DNA of 64,000 nucleotides, from positions 16,898-80,897 of the IMG/VR virus record IMGVR_UViG_3300027994_000006. One strand, given 5' to 3'. The notes under the pieces are model-generated. The model ran no database searches. It had not been told where the DNA came from and was given only the letters and a program-made list of their open reading frames with translations. Shown here one piece after another: positions 54,954 through 63,667 of this stretch. Within the stretch, counting starts at the first letter, position 1. Each line of letters opens with the position of its first letter. Position numbers and translations under genes: made by a program. Source of the DNA: a virus. Taxonomy: Duplodnaviria; Caudoviricetes.

Positions 54954-55209
54954 TAAACTCACATTTGCCAATCCTAAGGATAAAAATAATCCAGATTCTG
55001 TAAAGCCTTCTGATTTTTGTATTGATGAACTTGGACATCTTAACACAATCATTACTTTACATCCACCTTCTGAGCAGTCATACAACGGAACTAAACCAGA
55101 TATTAACTTTGATGATGAAGTAAGATGGGGAAAACGTAAGCTTATTCCCAAAGACCTTGCTGACGCCTTAACAAAAGAAACCCTAAACAAACTTGGAATA
55201 AAGAAATGA
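54943..55209 (+). CDS. Hypothetical protein
   Basis: ATG 54943 preferred over upstream TTG. Confidence 0.6.
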   Translation: MKFDKLTFANPKDKNNPDSVKPSDFCIDELGHLNTIITLHPPSEQSYNGTKPDINFDDEVRWGKRKLIPKDLADALTKETLNKLGIKK

Positions 55210-55421
55210 ATAATCCAGACGATACAATGTGGGATTTGGATTTTACCATCGACCCGCAACAAGAAGCAGATCGTAACGCTATAGAAATCGCCCTAACAAG
55301 CACAAAGCCTTTCGGACTAGAGATAGATGTATTCTACGAAGCTTTTAAACAAATAACAGCCGATCCCACCATTACAATCAGCGAGGCAATACAAAATGCT
55401 CTTTGGGAATGGGATTGCTAA
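55206..55421 (+). CDS. Hypothetical protein
   Basis: 71 aa, ATGA overlap. Confidence 0.65.
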   Translation: MNNPDDTMWDLDFTIDPQQEADRNAIEIALTSTKPFGLEIDVFYEAFKQITADPTITISEAIQNALWEWDC

Positions 55422-55433
55422 AAATTACTGATT

Positions 55434-55721
55434 ATGAATCTAACAGATAAAGCCAGAGAAGACTTTTTAATATGGGCATTAGAAAACAACTATTGTAACA
55501 ATCCCCACGTTGAGTACTGGATAAACAAACAAGTCGATCCTATCCGCTTAAAAGCAATAATCATACTTTGGCTCAACTCACTCCAATACAAAGGCCAAAA
55601 CCTATTCCTAAGCGTATTCGAAAAATCATTCGCTATCAGAGTAAACTTTATGTCCTTCGATGATGTCACAGCCCAAACTATCGATGTGTGTAATGAAATT
55701 TATAATCGAATTAAAGAATGA
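55434..55721 (+). CDS. Hypothetical protein
   Basis: 95 aa. Confidence 0.65.
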   Translation: MNLTDKAREDFLIWALENNYCNNPHVEYWINKQVDPIRLKAIIILWLNSLQYKGQNLFLSVFEKSFAIRVNFMSFDDVTAQTIDVCNEIYNRIKE

Positions 55722-56044
55722 AAAGTAAAAGAATTGAAATACCAATATACAACGGAACTTTAGTAATGATACAAGTTGATAATTGGGATAAAGTAATAAA
55801 AAAATATGATCAAGATATTACCGACTCTATGGACGGTGTAGTATTCAAGCATAACCACGAATATATTGTCGCCTACAACCATAATCCAAAACCAGGCATT
55901 ATAGCTCACGAAGCCGTTCATCTCGTTAACCACATCTTCATTGACAAACATATGACTCTCGACCCATATAACGATGAACCTCAAGCTTACCTGACAGAAT
56001 GGTTTGTGAATACTATCTCCGATTATTATAAATCCTTGAACTAA
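55718..56044 (+). CDS. Small HExxH zincin-like protein
   Basis: IIAHEAVHLV...DEPQAYL. Confidence 0.7.
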   Translation: MKSKRIEIPIYNGTLVMIQVDNWDKVIKKYDQDITDSMDGVVFKHNHEYIVAYNHNPKPGIIAHEAVHLVNHIFIDKHMTLDPYNDEPQAYLTEWFVNTISDYYKSLN

Positions 56045-56402
56045 CTTCCGGAATCGTTTTAGTGAGTTAGTAAGAGTTTAGATACTATGGAAACGGGCGA
56101 ATAAAAATTGGGTGTGAAAGTGGTCAGAATTTTACCCCGCCCCTTCCAAATCAGGAAAACCAATTTTCAATTTCAAACTCGATTTCTGCCAGACGTTCAC
56201 TAATCACAAGCTTAAAGTATTGTTCTGTTTCTTACTTGAAAACAGAACTTATAGCCGGAAGGGTAGTCTTTTGAAATTATTCTCCATCACAAAGGGGTAT
56301 ATAAAAATATATTCCTGCACGAGATCACATCACTCTATAAACAATCTCCCATCTATAAAGGCTGAGAATCCTCTGTAATAATATTTGTCTGGCATTTGTC
56401 CG

Positions 56403-56633
56403 CTACAATCCATTGAGTAGATCAGAAGGGCTGCAACCAATCGCATTTGCTATATCTATAACCTTGTTAAGTTTTACTTCTTCAGTCATCCGATAGATGT
56501 ATAACCTGTCTGAGTTTAGCTTATTGCAAACTTCCTTAATAGTTAATCCTTTCTCTTTGATTTTTACCTTAATGTTGTGTTTTAGTTCCTTTATCATACT
56601 ATATTCTATTGATGTTAGTCTATACACTTGCAT
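56403..56633 (-). CDS. XRE-family HTH regulator (Cro/CI-like)
   Basis: KEKGLTIKEVCNKL...LNKVIDIANAIGCSPSDLL. Confidence 0.85.
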   Translation of the reverse strand: MQVYRLTSIEYSMIKELKHNIKVKIKEKGLTIKEVCNKLNSDRLYIYRMTEEVKLNKVIDIANAIGCSPSDLLNGL

Positions 56634-56670
56634 AATTATCTATAAGATAGTCTATACACTTACAAATATA
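56616..56670 (-). promoter_or_regulatory. Direct repeats TAGTCTATACACTT (56616-56629, 56648-56661) with -7 box TATATTTG (56663-56670)
   Basis: Exact 14-bp repeat pair at 32-bp spacing over the start of the XRE gene. Confidence 0.55.
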
Positions 56671-57295
56671 TCATTCTAACCATTTATTTCAGCGTTTGCT
56701 TAGTCGATTTGGATTAGTTCAAACACCTATATCACTAACCCTTATTAATTTGATTACTATTAAATACGCTAGATAAATTATCTTTATATGGTTTATTTTG
56801 TAGATAATTATTGCTGTTATATTGGCTTAAAGGCATTGTTTACAGGGTTTTTATCTTTTGGGATATGTTGCTATTAAAATATAAGTACTACTTGTTTATT
56901 AATTATTATAATGTATATAGTATGGGGCTTCGCCCTTTGGTGTCTTATGTAGTAATTGCTCTTCTCTCTGAAAGGTATTAATCTATTGTTGTGTAGGCGA
57001 AATGTAGTTATTTGGATTATATGCCTATGAATATAGTTGGGTGTTTAGGCAACAAATAGCTGTTAACTCATATAATCCAGGATTTAAACGCTCTGATAAT
57101 CGCTTGTGTTATTTTTGATTGGTAATTGTGCAGCAGGTTTTACTGTGAAGTGTGTTGTGTACTCTTGGTCGCTTCGCTCTCTATGGTGTGTTTGGTGTCA
57201 GTCTTATTTTATTTAGGCGATTCCTATATTTAGATATATTAAGCAAACTGTTAGGATTTAATTCCTGCAATATCTTTACACTTTAAAACAATCAT

Positions 57296-57490
57296 ATGAA
57301 AGCTACAAAAACTTATAATGACTTTCTGGAAGAGTTTAAAGTTATGCTCGTTAAGAGATATTTTTGGACAGTAACCGATGCAAGCAAGTTCGAATCAAAA
57401 GAATTAAAACAATGTTTTTACGAAGGCTTGGATAGACATCACGCTTACTTTAAAATCTTTAATGTTGAGCAGGATCTGATGTCACCGTAG
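57296..57490 (+). CDS. Hypothetical protein
   Basis: 64 aa with A-rich start. Confidence 0.55.
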   Translation: MKATKTYNDFLEEFKVMLVKRYFWTVTDASKFESKELKQCFYEGLDRHHAYFKIFNVEQDLMSP

Positions 57491-57760
57491 ATTCTTCTGC
57501 AGCCATTTTATAGATTCCTCACTCAATCCAGAGTACGCTACTTCATAGTCTAAAGCTATTACCAATAGTTTGTCATTTTGGTCTATGTACGGGACCAGTA
57601 TCGATTTGATCTCTTCAGCACTCTTGCTTGTAATAATTATCCAGGTGGATTCTAATTCTTTCCAATAGTAATCCGGTGCTATGCTCTTTATTTTTGTGAT
57701 TAGAGGTGCATAGTTCTGTCCTAATGGTAACAGATCGTAGGTAATTATAAATGGTTCCAT
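57482..57760 (-). CDS. Stand-alone Cas2/VapD-like ferredoxin-fold protein
   Basis: FIITYDL...ELESTWII...DKLLVI. Confidence 0.7.
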   Translation of the reverse strand: MEPFIITYDLLPLGQNYAPLITKIKSIAPDYYWKELESTWIIITSKSAEEIKSILVPYIDQNDKLLVIALDYEVAYSGLSEESIKWLQKNLR

Positions 57761-57882
57761 AGTTTAATATTATTCGTCTTTGTATTAGTCGGCTGAGACT
57801 TCAGCCAGTCTCATTTAATCTCTCTTATTCCTGTTATATCCTTGGTGGGTTTTTCTCTTTTGTGAAGGCGATTGGTAGAAGA

Positions 57883-58131
57883 TTAATCTTTTGCGATTTT
57901 ATATTTTACAATTTTCTTTTCTTCCGTTTTTAAATCTACTGTTAGATATTGGTCGCCTTTTAAAAAATATAAAATTCCTTCTTTAGTATCTAATATCAAA
58001 TTGTATTCTTTAGCTACATATCTTCCTGTATTATTCATCTTATCGCCGAGTAAAAATCCAAAAATAAAAACCAATAGAACTATGATTATGTAAAGTAAAT
58101 TTTCTCTTTTCATTTTATTTTGAAATTTCAT
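57883..58131 (-). CDS. Small membrane-anchored protein
   Basis: N-terminal TM; GRY...ILDTKEG motif. Confidence 0.65.
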   Translation of the reverse strand: MKFQNKMKRENLLYIIIVLLVFIFGFLLGDKMNNTGRYVAKEYNLILDTKEGILYFLKGDQYLTVDLKTEEKKIVKYKIAKD

Positions 58132-58819
58132 CCATTAAACTTTTAATCTCACCATAATTCAAAGAAAAAGACCATTCCTCATTCAGATCGTTTATTTTCC
58201 GATATATGAGATCAGTTTTACTTTGATCTAAATTGTTGCGATTATCATTGTAGAAGGCAATAATTTGGTTTAAAGAATCGCTGTGTTTTTCAAGCGCTTT
58301 TTTTTGTTTGTCAATACCTACATTTTTAGCATCAAGAAAATCTTTAACCATTTTAAAGGCTGTGAAAGTTTTGTCTATTTTGCTACTTATGTCTTGGGTA
58401 ACTGCAATATAATTATTTTTGATCTCATCCTGATTGATTTCAGACTCTCGCTTTACTTCTTGCCTATCCTTCTGTTCTTGCATAAGGCGATTAATACCAT
58501 TTGCAATATATTCCTGAGTTCTGTCTGGCTCCGTACGTTTTAATTGACCGTAGGCTCCGCCGTTTCTATTCGTTGGCGTATTGGATGTTTGATTTCTTTG
58601 GCCTTCTGTAAATCCATAGTTATATCCGGTTTGATAGTCTGATTGTCCGACGGGATTTATAGGTGCTAATCCAGCAAGTGGTGGAAGTGGAGATAAACAA
58701 CTAGCCTGACCATAACAATATCCGGCACTATAACCAGAATTAAAACCATCCTGATAACTATTTTGTGCATTTAATGATATTGATATCAAGGCGATAAGTA
58801 GGAGGTAGATATTTTTCAT
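58115..58819 (-). CDS. Secreted protein (moron)
   Basis: Signal peptide ending LNA-Q; YQDGFNSGYSAGYC and YQTGYNYG repeats. Confidence 0.75.
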   Translation of the reverse strand: MKNIYLLLIALISISLNAQNSYQDGFNSGYSAGYCYGQASCLSPLPPLAGLAPINPVGQSDYQTGYNYGFTEGQRNQTSNTPTNRNGGAYGQLKRTEPDRTQEYIANGINRLMQEQKDRQEVKRESEINQDEIKNNYIAVTQDISSKIDKTFTAFKMVKDFLDAKNVGIDKQKKALEKHSDSLNQIIAFYNDNRNNLDQSKTDLIYRKINDLNEEWSFSLNYGEIKSLMDEISK

Positions 58820-59148
58820 TTTTTTAATTTAATATTAATGCTTGATAGAATGCTTCCAAAAAGAAATGACCATCTATAATAATTAAAGTATATTTTATTT
58901 GAAATAAAGGCAATGATAACTATGATAAGAGAAAGAATTAAAAACAGATTTTTATGTGTTGGAACTATTAAGTATACTGTAATTATGAATATAATCCCAC
59001 ATATAAAATCAGGAACCCAATTCGAATATATAAAGATTTCAGGTATATATGAGTTTATGAGAGATAATGCCCAACTGAAAATATATGAGGTTATTATTGA
59101 TAAAATTATAGCTACAGGAATTGCAAAAATAAATCGTAATATTTTCAT
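58816..59148 (-). CDS. Four-TM membrane protein (moron)
   Basis: Almost entirely hydrophobic; ATGA-type coupling. Confidence 0.7.
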   Translation of the reverse strand: MKILRFIFAIPVAIILSIITSYIFSWALSLINSYIPEIFIYSNWVPDFICGIIFIITVYLIVPTHKNLFLILSLIIVIIAFISNKIYFNYYRWSFLFGSILSSINIKLKK

Positions 59149-59216
59149 ATAATTAGTTTTACCAAATCTACAAATAAAAATAATACACCAATATATCTAT
59201 TAAAAAACTCCTAAAT

Positions 59217-59250
59217 ATGCACGGAATACAAACAAAAATGTTTATATTTA
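59217..59250 (+). promoter_or_regulatory. Operator-promoter, 34-bp class (ATGCACGGAATACAAACAAAAATGTTTATATTTA)
   Basis: Degenerate copy upstream of the antirepressor locus. Confidence 0.6.
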
Positions 59251-59393
59251 CACCATAGAAAAGGTTGTTCTTATAATTGTTGATAAATATTTTAAAATAT
59301 AATTGCACAATCAAATTATTGTTGTATTTTTGAAATGCTAAAACAATTTAAGACTCGGAGAAATCCTAAGTTTTACCGACATTTATTATAACG

Positions 59394-59463
59394 CCTCTGT
59401 GCGTGTGGTTGTATATCTGGTCTCCAGTCTTACTTGTTTTAGCGAACTCCACACAATCAGGGG
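59394..59463 (+). ncRNA. C4-like antisense RNA element in the antirepressor leader
   Basis: Stems CCTCTG/CAGGGG and GTGTGG/CCACAC enclose TACTTGTTTTAGC, a perfect complement of 59501-59513 (antirepressor start) and of 59337-59346. Confidence 0.6.
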
Positions 59464-59498
59464 TATTTTATTTCTAAACGTTTTTTATACATAAAAAA

Positions 59499-60338
59499 AT
59501 GCTAAAACAAGTATCAAACGTTTATAGTGCGAATTACAGTAACATTATGAACCCGTCAGCTCACGACACGAGCATTTTAAACTATAATGGAAATTCTATC
59601 CATTTAGAAAGATCCCAAAATGATGTAATGATTAATCTTACAGAGATGGCAAAGTCATTTCCACGTAAGAATCTTGCTCAAATTATTTCTTCTCACGAAA
59701 TTCAAGACTATATCAAAGCTCTTACCGAAATACAAAATTATATTTCGACTGATTTACTGCAAGTTAGGAAAGGTGGAGATATTTCAAAGCAAGGAACTTG
59801 GGCACATAAAAAAGTTGCCTTACGTGTTGCGCAGAAACTTAGTCCTGAGTTTGCCGTCTGGGTAGATACAAAAATTGATGAACTCCTTACCTCCGGAGTT
59901 GCTACCGTAAATAATGACGATGAAACGATTATGCAGGCGATGTCTATCTTACAATTGAGATTGGAGCAAAACAGACAACGATTGCAAGCGTTAGAAGAGT
60001 CTAACAATCTACAGCAAAAGCAAATTTCCAAGTTAGAGCCAAAGGCGAGATACACGGATGAAGTTTTACAAAGTGCGTCAACATTTACCACTACTCAGAT
60101 GGCTGATGATTTAGGAATGACTGCAGCTACTCTTAACGCTAAACTTAAGGAACTTGGAATACAATACAAGCAATCCGGACAATGGCATCTTACCAGTCTT
60201 TATAAATCGAAAGGTTATACTGATATCAGGGTAGCATCTTTTAAGCAAGGCGACAAGATCGGAACTTCTCAGTCAATGGTTTGGACGGAATCCGGGAGAT
60301 TATTTTTGGCTAACCTTAGAAAAAACGGTCAAATATAA
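59499..60338 (+). CDS. KilA-N / ANT phage antirepressor
   Basis: MINLTEMAK...QGTWAHKKVALRVAQKLSPEFAVWVD (KilA-N); PKARYTDEVL...TTTQMA...WTESGRLF (ANT/KilAC). Confidence 0.9.
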   Translation: MLKQVSNVYSANYSNIMNPSAHDTSILNYNGNSIHLERSQNDVMINLTEMAKSFPRKNLAQIISSHEIQDYIKALTEIQNYISTDLLQVRKGGDISKQGTWAHKKVALRVAQKLSPEFAVWVDTKIDELLTSGVATVNNDDETIMQAMSILQLRLEQNRQRLQALEESNNLQQKQISKLEPKARYTDEVLQSASTFTTTQMADDLGMTAATLNAKLKELGIQYKQSGQWHLTSLYKSKGYTDIRVASFKQGDKIGTSQSMVWTESGRLFLANLRKNGQI

Positions 60339-60760
60339 TGAAAACGCTAAAACTACATCACGGCACGGAAGATTATTCTTCAATACTGGAAACTTTGGAC
60401 GAGTGCAACCGCATTCATCATTTGGAAGATCAGATTATTGTACTAACAAAAAACAATGCGCAACAACTCGCCTACATAAAATTATTGGAGCCAAGAGCAT
60501 TAGCATTTGATAAACTTAATACAGATGATTTAACCTTTCTTAATTACGATTATGCAAGAACAGTCATTAGTTTGTCCGAGGCGATTGAAAAGAACATTTT
60601 AGAACTAATGGAGACTTCCGGAATAGGAAATGAATACGGAAAAGAACTTAGCCAGATTTTAACATTTGCGGAAGGAATACAGAAAACTGTACATCCGGAA
60701 CATTTCGAAAGGCTTCAATATTTTCTATCTGAAATCAATCTTTACAAATTGAAACAGTAA
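60338..60760 (+). CDS. Hypothetical protein
   Basis: TAATG coupling to the antirepressor; contains LEPRALAFD reminiscent of the ANT start. Confidence 0.65.
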   Translation: MKTLKLHHGTEDYSSILETLDECNRIHHLEDQIIVLTKNNAQQLAYIKLLEPRALAFDKLNTDDLTFLNYDYARTVISLSEAIEKNILELMETSGIGNEYGKELSQILTFAEGIQKTVHPEHFERLQYFLSEINLYKLKQ

Positions 60761-60770
60761 ATTAAATAAT

Positions 60771-60805
60771 CCAGCGGTAAGATTGAGGTTTTACCGTTGG
60801 TTTTT
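60771..60805 (+). terminator. Intrinsic terminator
   Basis: CCAGCGGTAA...TTACCGTTGG followed by TTTTT. Confidence 0.7.
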
Positions 60806-60854
60806 ATCCTAATGAATAAATAATCACATATTTAGTGAAAATAAATTAAAATAT

Positions 60855-60888
60855 ATGATTGGATTATAAACATTATTGTTTATATTTG
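60855..60888 (+). promoter_or_regulatory. Operator-promoter, 34-bp class (ATGATTGGATTATAAACATTATTGTTTATATTTG)
   Basis: Perfect palindrome plus -7 box. Confidence 0.8.
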
Positions 60889-60917
60889 TATCAGGAAACA
60901 GAACAAAAACAAACATT

Positions 60918-61190
60918 ATGGCAACTACACTTAATTATCCAGAAATGCACGGTAACATCGAAAATGATTTACAAGCTGAATATATTTCATTCTTAGGAAA
61001 GTATCGAGTTACTTCTAAAAATGAAATCGAAGTAAAACAAGGTATAGTATTTAATTCTGTCGTTGCAGAATTTGGTGCGAATCACGTTAAAAATAAAAAC
61101 CAGGGTTGGTTTAAATATTATTTCACCCCGAAAGCTTTTTACAAGTTCCAATCCAACAATCATATCATTCTTAATAGGCTTCTTGATTAA
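60918..61190 (+). CDS. Hypothetical protein
   Basis: ATG 60918 preferred over upstream TTG. Confidence 0.65.
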   Translation: MATTLNYPEMHGNIENDLQAEYISFLGKYRVTSKNEIEVKQGIVFNSVVAEFGANHVKNKNQGWFKYYFTPKAFYKFQSNNHIILNRLLD

Positions 61191-61205
61191 TAAAATAACA
61201 GAATT

Positions 61206-61388
61206 ATGAAAGCAATAAAGTATTACGTCTGCAAAAGATCATCATCAGATAATCAGATTAAATTTTGTGAAAAGTATCAGTTCGTAAAGAAAGTAGGTGA
61301 TGTTTTTCATCTTAAAATAAACGATAAAGTAGAACCGTTAACCAGACAATTTTTCAAAGAACATTTCAAACAAACACCAACTTACTAA
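61206..61388 (+). CDS. Hypothetical protein
   Basis: 60 aa, TAATG coupling. Confidence 0.55.
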   Translation: MKAIKYYVCKRSSSDNQIKFCEKYQFVKKVGDVFHLKINDKVEPLTRQFFKEHFKQTPTY

Positions 61389-61840
61389 TGAAAACCTTAC
61401 TACTCATATTATTCCCGGCTTTTATTTTCTGTCAGTACACGGGAAAGGTAGGGATAAATACTCCCACTCCAACAGAGACGCTACACGTAAAAGGATCTTT
61501 GCGAGTTGAAGATATTCCTTTGGTGCCGACTGCAGAATTTATTTTAGTTGAAGATGGTCAAGGCGTTGTTAAGAAAATACTTTTATCCAGCGTTACGGTT
61601 CAAAATGATTGCCCTATTTTCATTCGTTCGGAAAGTTCGCCTTACTATTTGAAATTCAAATCAGCGTCATCAATTCAAAATCCAAATAGTGCGCTGATAA
61701 TTGAAGGGATAAATTTCGTAAGTGCCGGAACTTGGATTGAGAATAACACTTATTATTACTCATACAGTAACACCAGCGGAACGCCTTTAAATATTAATCA
61801 GTTCACGGTTAATTTCGTAAACAAACAATGTAATTATTAA
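61388..61840 (+). CDS. Secreted VGINT-family protein (host-type moron)
   Basis: Signal peptide ending FC-Q, then KVGINTPTPTETLHVKG motif typical of Chryseobacterium surface/secreted proteins. Confidence 0.7.
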   Translation: MKTLLLILFPAFIFCQYTGKVGINTPTPTETLHVKGSLRVEDIPLVPTAEFILVEDGQGVVKKILLSSVTVQNDCPIFIRSESSPYYLKFKSASSIQNPNSALIIEGINFVSAGTWIENNTYYYSYSNTSGTPLNINQFTVNFVNKQCNY

Positions 61841-61952
61841 TCAATAAATATGAAAACAATCACCAAAAATCAGCAGTTAGTTTTCGCCTTGATGATAGTA
61901 ACTGTGGTAATGATCGGAATACTTTCGATAGCAATTTTAAAATACTAAACCT

Positions 61953-62237
61953 ATGAATACATTCAAAGAATTACAAGATAGGCGACCGGAATTAGCACAA
62001 GCTCTGGAATCTATGAGCAGAGAAGAACTTCTTAATAATTACGCTTTAGAGGTTGAAGAGAAAGAGACTCTTGAAAAATACAAAGAAGATAATGAGATTT
62101 TTGAGACAGATTTAGAACACATCATCAATCTCGGAATCAAGTGGCTCAAAAAGAATCGAAAGGATAAACATCACATCTACATTGATCAAGAAGTTGCAAA
62201 ACTTATTTATACTAATACAGAAACCAAATTTATTTAA
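61953..62237 (+). CDS. Hypothetical protein
   Basis: 94 aa. Confidence 0.6.
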   Translation: MNTFKELQDRRPELAQALESMSREELLNNYALEVEEKETLEKYKEDNEIFETDLEHIINLGIKWLKKNRKDKHHIYIDQEVAKLIYTNTETKFI

Positions 62238-62628
62238 TTATGAATAAAACATCTTACAGTTACAGGAGTTACCATAAATCAAGTCAAACAGCAATAGACG
62301 GAAGTAAATCAAGCAATAGACGTAAAAAAGTGAAATTAGCAAGAAAAACAAATCTTAAAAACCGAAAATAATTATGAAAAAACTTATTCACATCATTTTT
62401 AAAATCCGTGTACAGTTAGCGGTTAATATGGTAACCTTTCAGGATGAGAAGAGAGAATTTTATATTTTATTTGGGCGACAGGTACACAATAGAGTAGTCC
62501 CTATAAAATAAAAAGCGAAGGAACCACCCTCCGCTAAAGATATGCAACGTAAAAGAATTACGAAACAGGGCAAAGATAAACTATTCTGTCAAGGCGACAA
62601 ATAGAAAGAAATTAACAAGTTATAATTT

Positions 62629-63615
62629 ATGCAACCAACCATCCAAAACTCACATTTCGCCCAAATAACAATCTCTGGATTATCAGACTTTACCCAACTT
62701 CAAATTAATAATATGGAGAGCGGAAACAAGCTGACTAAAAAAGGCGACAAGTATTCGGATTCCAGCATTAGACAGTACACCGCATTTTTAGCGCATCTGA
62801 TCCACTTTGAAAAATTACACAACACTAAGTTTCAGTTAGCCGAAATCAACTACAAATTTGCAGAAGAGTTCCAGATTTTCATTACTAACAAAGGACTTTC
62901 AAAAAATACCATTGGAAATATCCTATCAAAATTTAAAGCCATTCTAAAGATGTCATTTAAAGAAGGATTATCAGTTTGGAACGGCAGCGGATTAGATTGT
63001 CCTCGTGAACTTACAACACAAGTATATCTGTCAATTGCAGAAATTAGTAAATTAAAATCTGCCAATATTACCAAAGGCGAACGCAAAGTGCTTGATATTT
63101 TCATCATACAATGCTTTACCGGATTACGATTTGACACCCTAAAAAAGTTCCTGGAAAAACCATTGGCTTACATCGAGGAAAGTGAAGGAGAAACTTACAT
63201 AAATATCACCTCAGACAAGACAAACCGCCAGTCTATCATTCCACTTGGCGATATTGTGAAGGGAATTATTACAGATAATGGTGGAGCGTTCAAAATGCCG
63301 TCTGAAGAAAGTTATATTAATCGCACCATAAAAAGGATTGCAAAGAAAGCGGAATTAGATAACGAATCTATTTTTAGAAGAACAGAAGGCGGAGTAATGA
63401 AAGAGGTATTGTCGCCTAAATACAAAAAAATAAGCAGTCACACCGCAAGACGAACAATGGGAACCAATCTAATAAAGAACGGCAAGACCTATAATGATGC
63501 AAGATTGATCCTCGGCCACTCCACAGAGAAGCAAACAAAAAACTACGTAAGGCTGGATAACATTGAAGAAACGAAACATTTATTTGGTGATCAGTTTTTT
63601 AATACAAAACTTTAA
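62629..63615 (+). CDS. Second tyrosine recombinase (no arm-binding domain)
   Basis: TGLRFD (R), SDKT (K), HTARR, LGHS, NY; 328 aa with SAM-like core-binding region only. Confidence 0.9.
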   Translation: MQPTIQNSHFAQITISGLSDFTQLQINNMESGNKLTKKGDKYSDSSIRQYTAFLAHLIHFEKLHNTKFQLAEINYKFAEEFQIFITNKGLSKNTIGNILSKFKAILKMSFKEGLSVWNGSGLDCPRELTTQVYLSIAEISKLKSANITKGERKVLDIFIIQCFTGLRFDTLKKFLEKPLAYIEESEGETYINITSDKTNRQSIIPLGDIVKGIITDNGGAFKMPSEESYINRTIKRIAKKAELDNESIFRRTEGGVMKEVLSPKYKKISSHTARRTMGTNLIKNGKTYNDARLILGHSTEKQTKNYVRLDNIEETKHLFGDQFFNTKL

Positions 63616-63633
63616 TATTTTTTTTCTTTAAAT

Positions 63634-63667
63634 ATGAATGGATTGTAAACAAATATGTTTATCTTCG
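63634..63667 (+). promoter_or_regulatory. Operator-promoter, 34-bp class (ATGAATGGATTGTAAACAAATATGTTTATCTTCG)
   Basis: First 24 nt identical to the 45764 copy. Confidence 0.75.

Noticed and set aside
56901-56930. TTATAATGTATATAG as a dif/Xer site for the second recombinase
   Set aside because: Only the central ATAATGTATA matches; the XerD arm (TTATGTTAAAT) is absent.
57240-57278. TAAGCAAAC...TATCTTTA as a seventh late promoter
   Set aside because: Spacing is 22 rather than 23 nt, both boxes are mismatched, and the downstream gene is non-structural.
57482-57760. Cas2-like ORF as part of a CRISPR-Cas system
   Set aside because: No cas1, effector genes or array in the window.
1226-62850. Many short opposite-strand ORFs in the track (e.g. 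1226-1441, 7311-7712, 12644-12970, 40962-41417, 44996-45634)
   Set aside because: They are shadows of longer, motif-bearing genes, with atypical composition and no A-rich start context.
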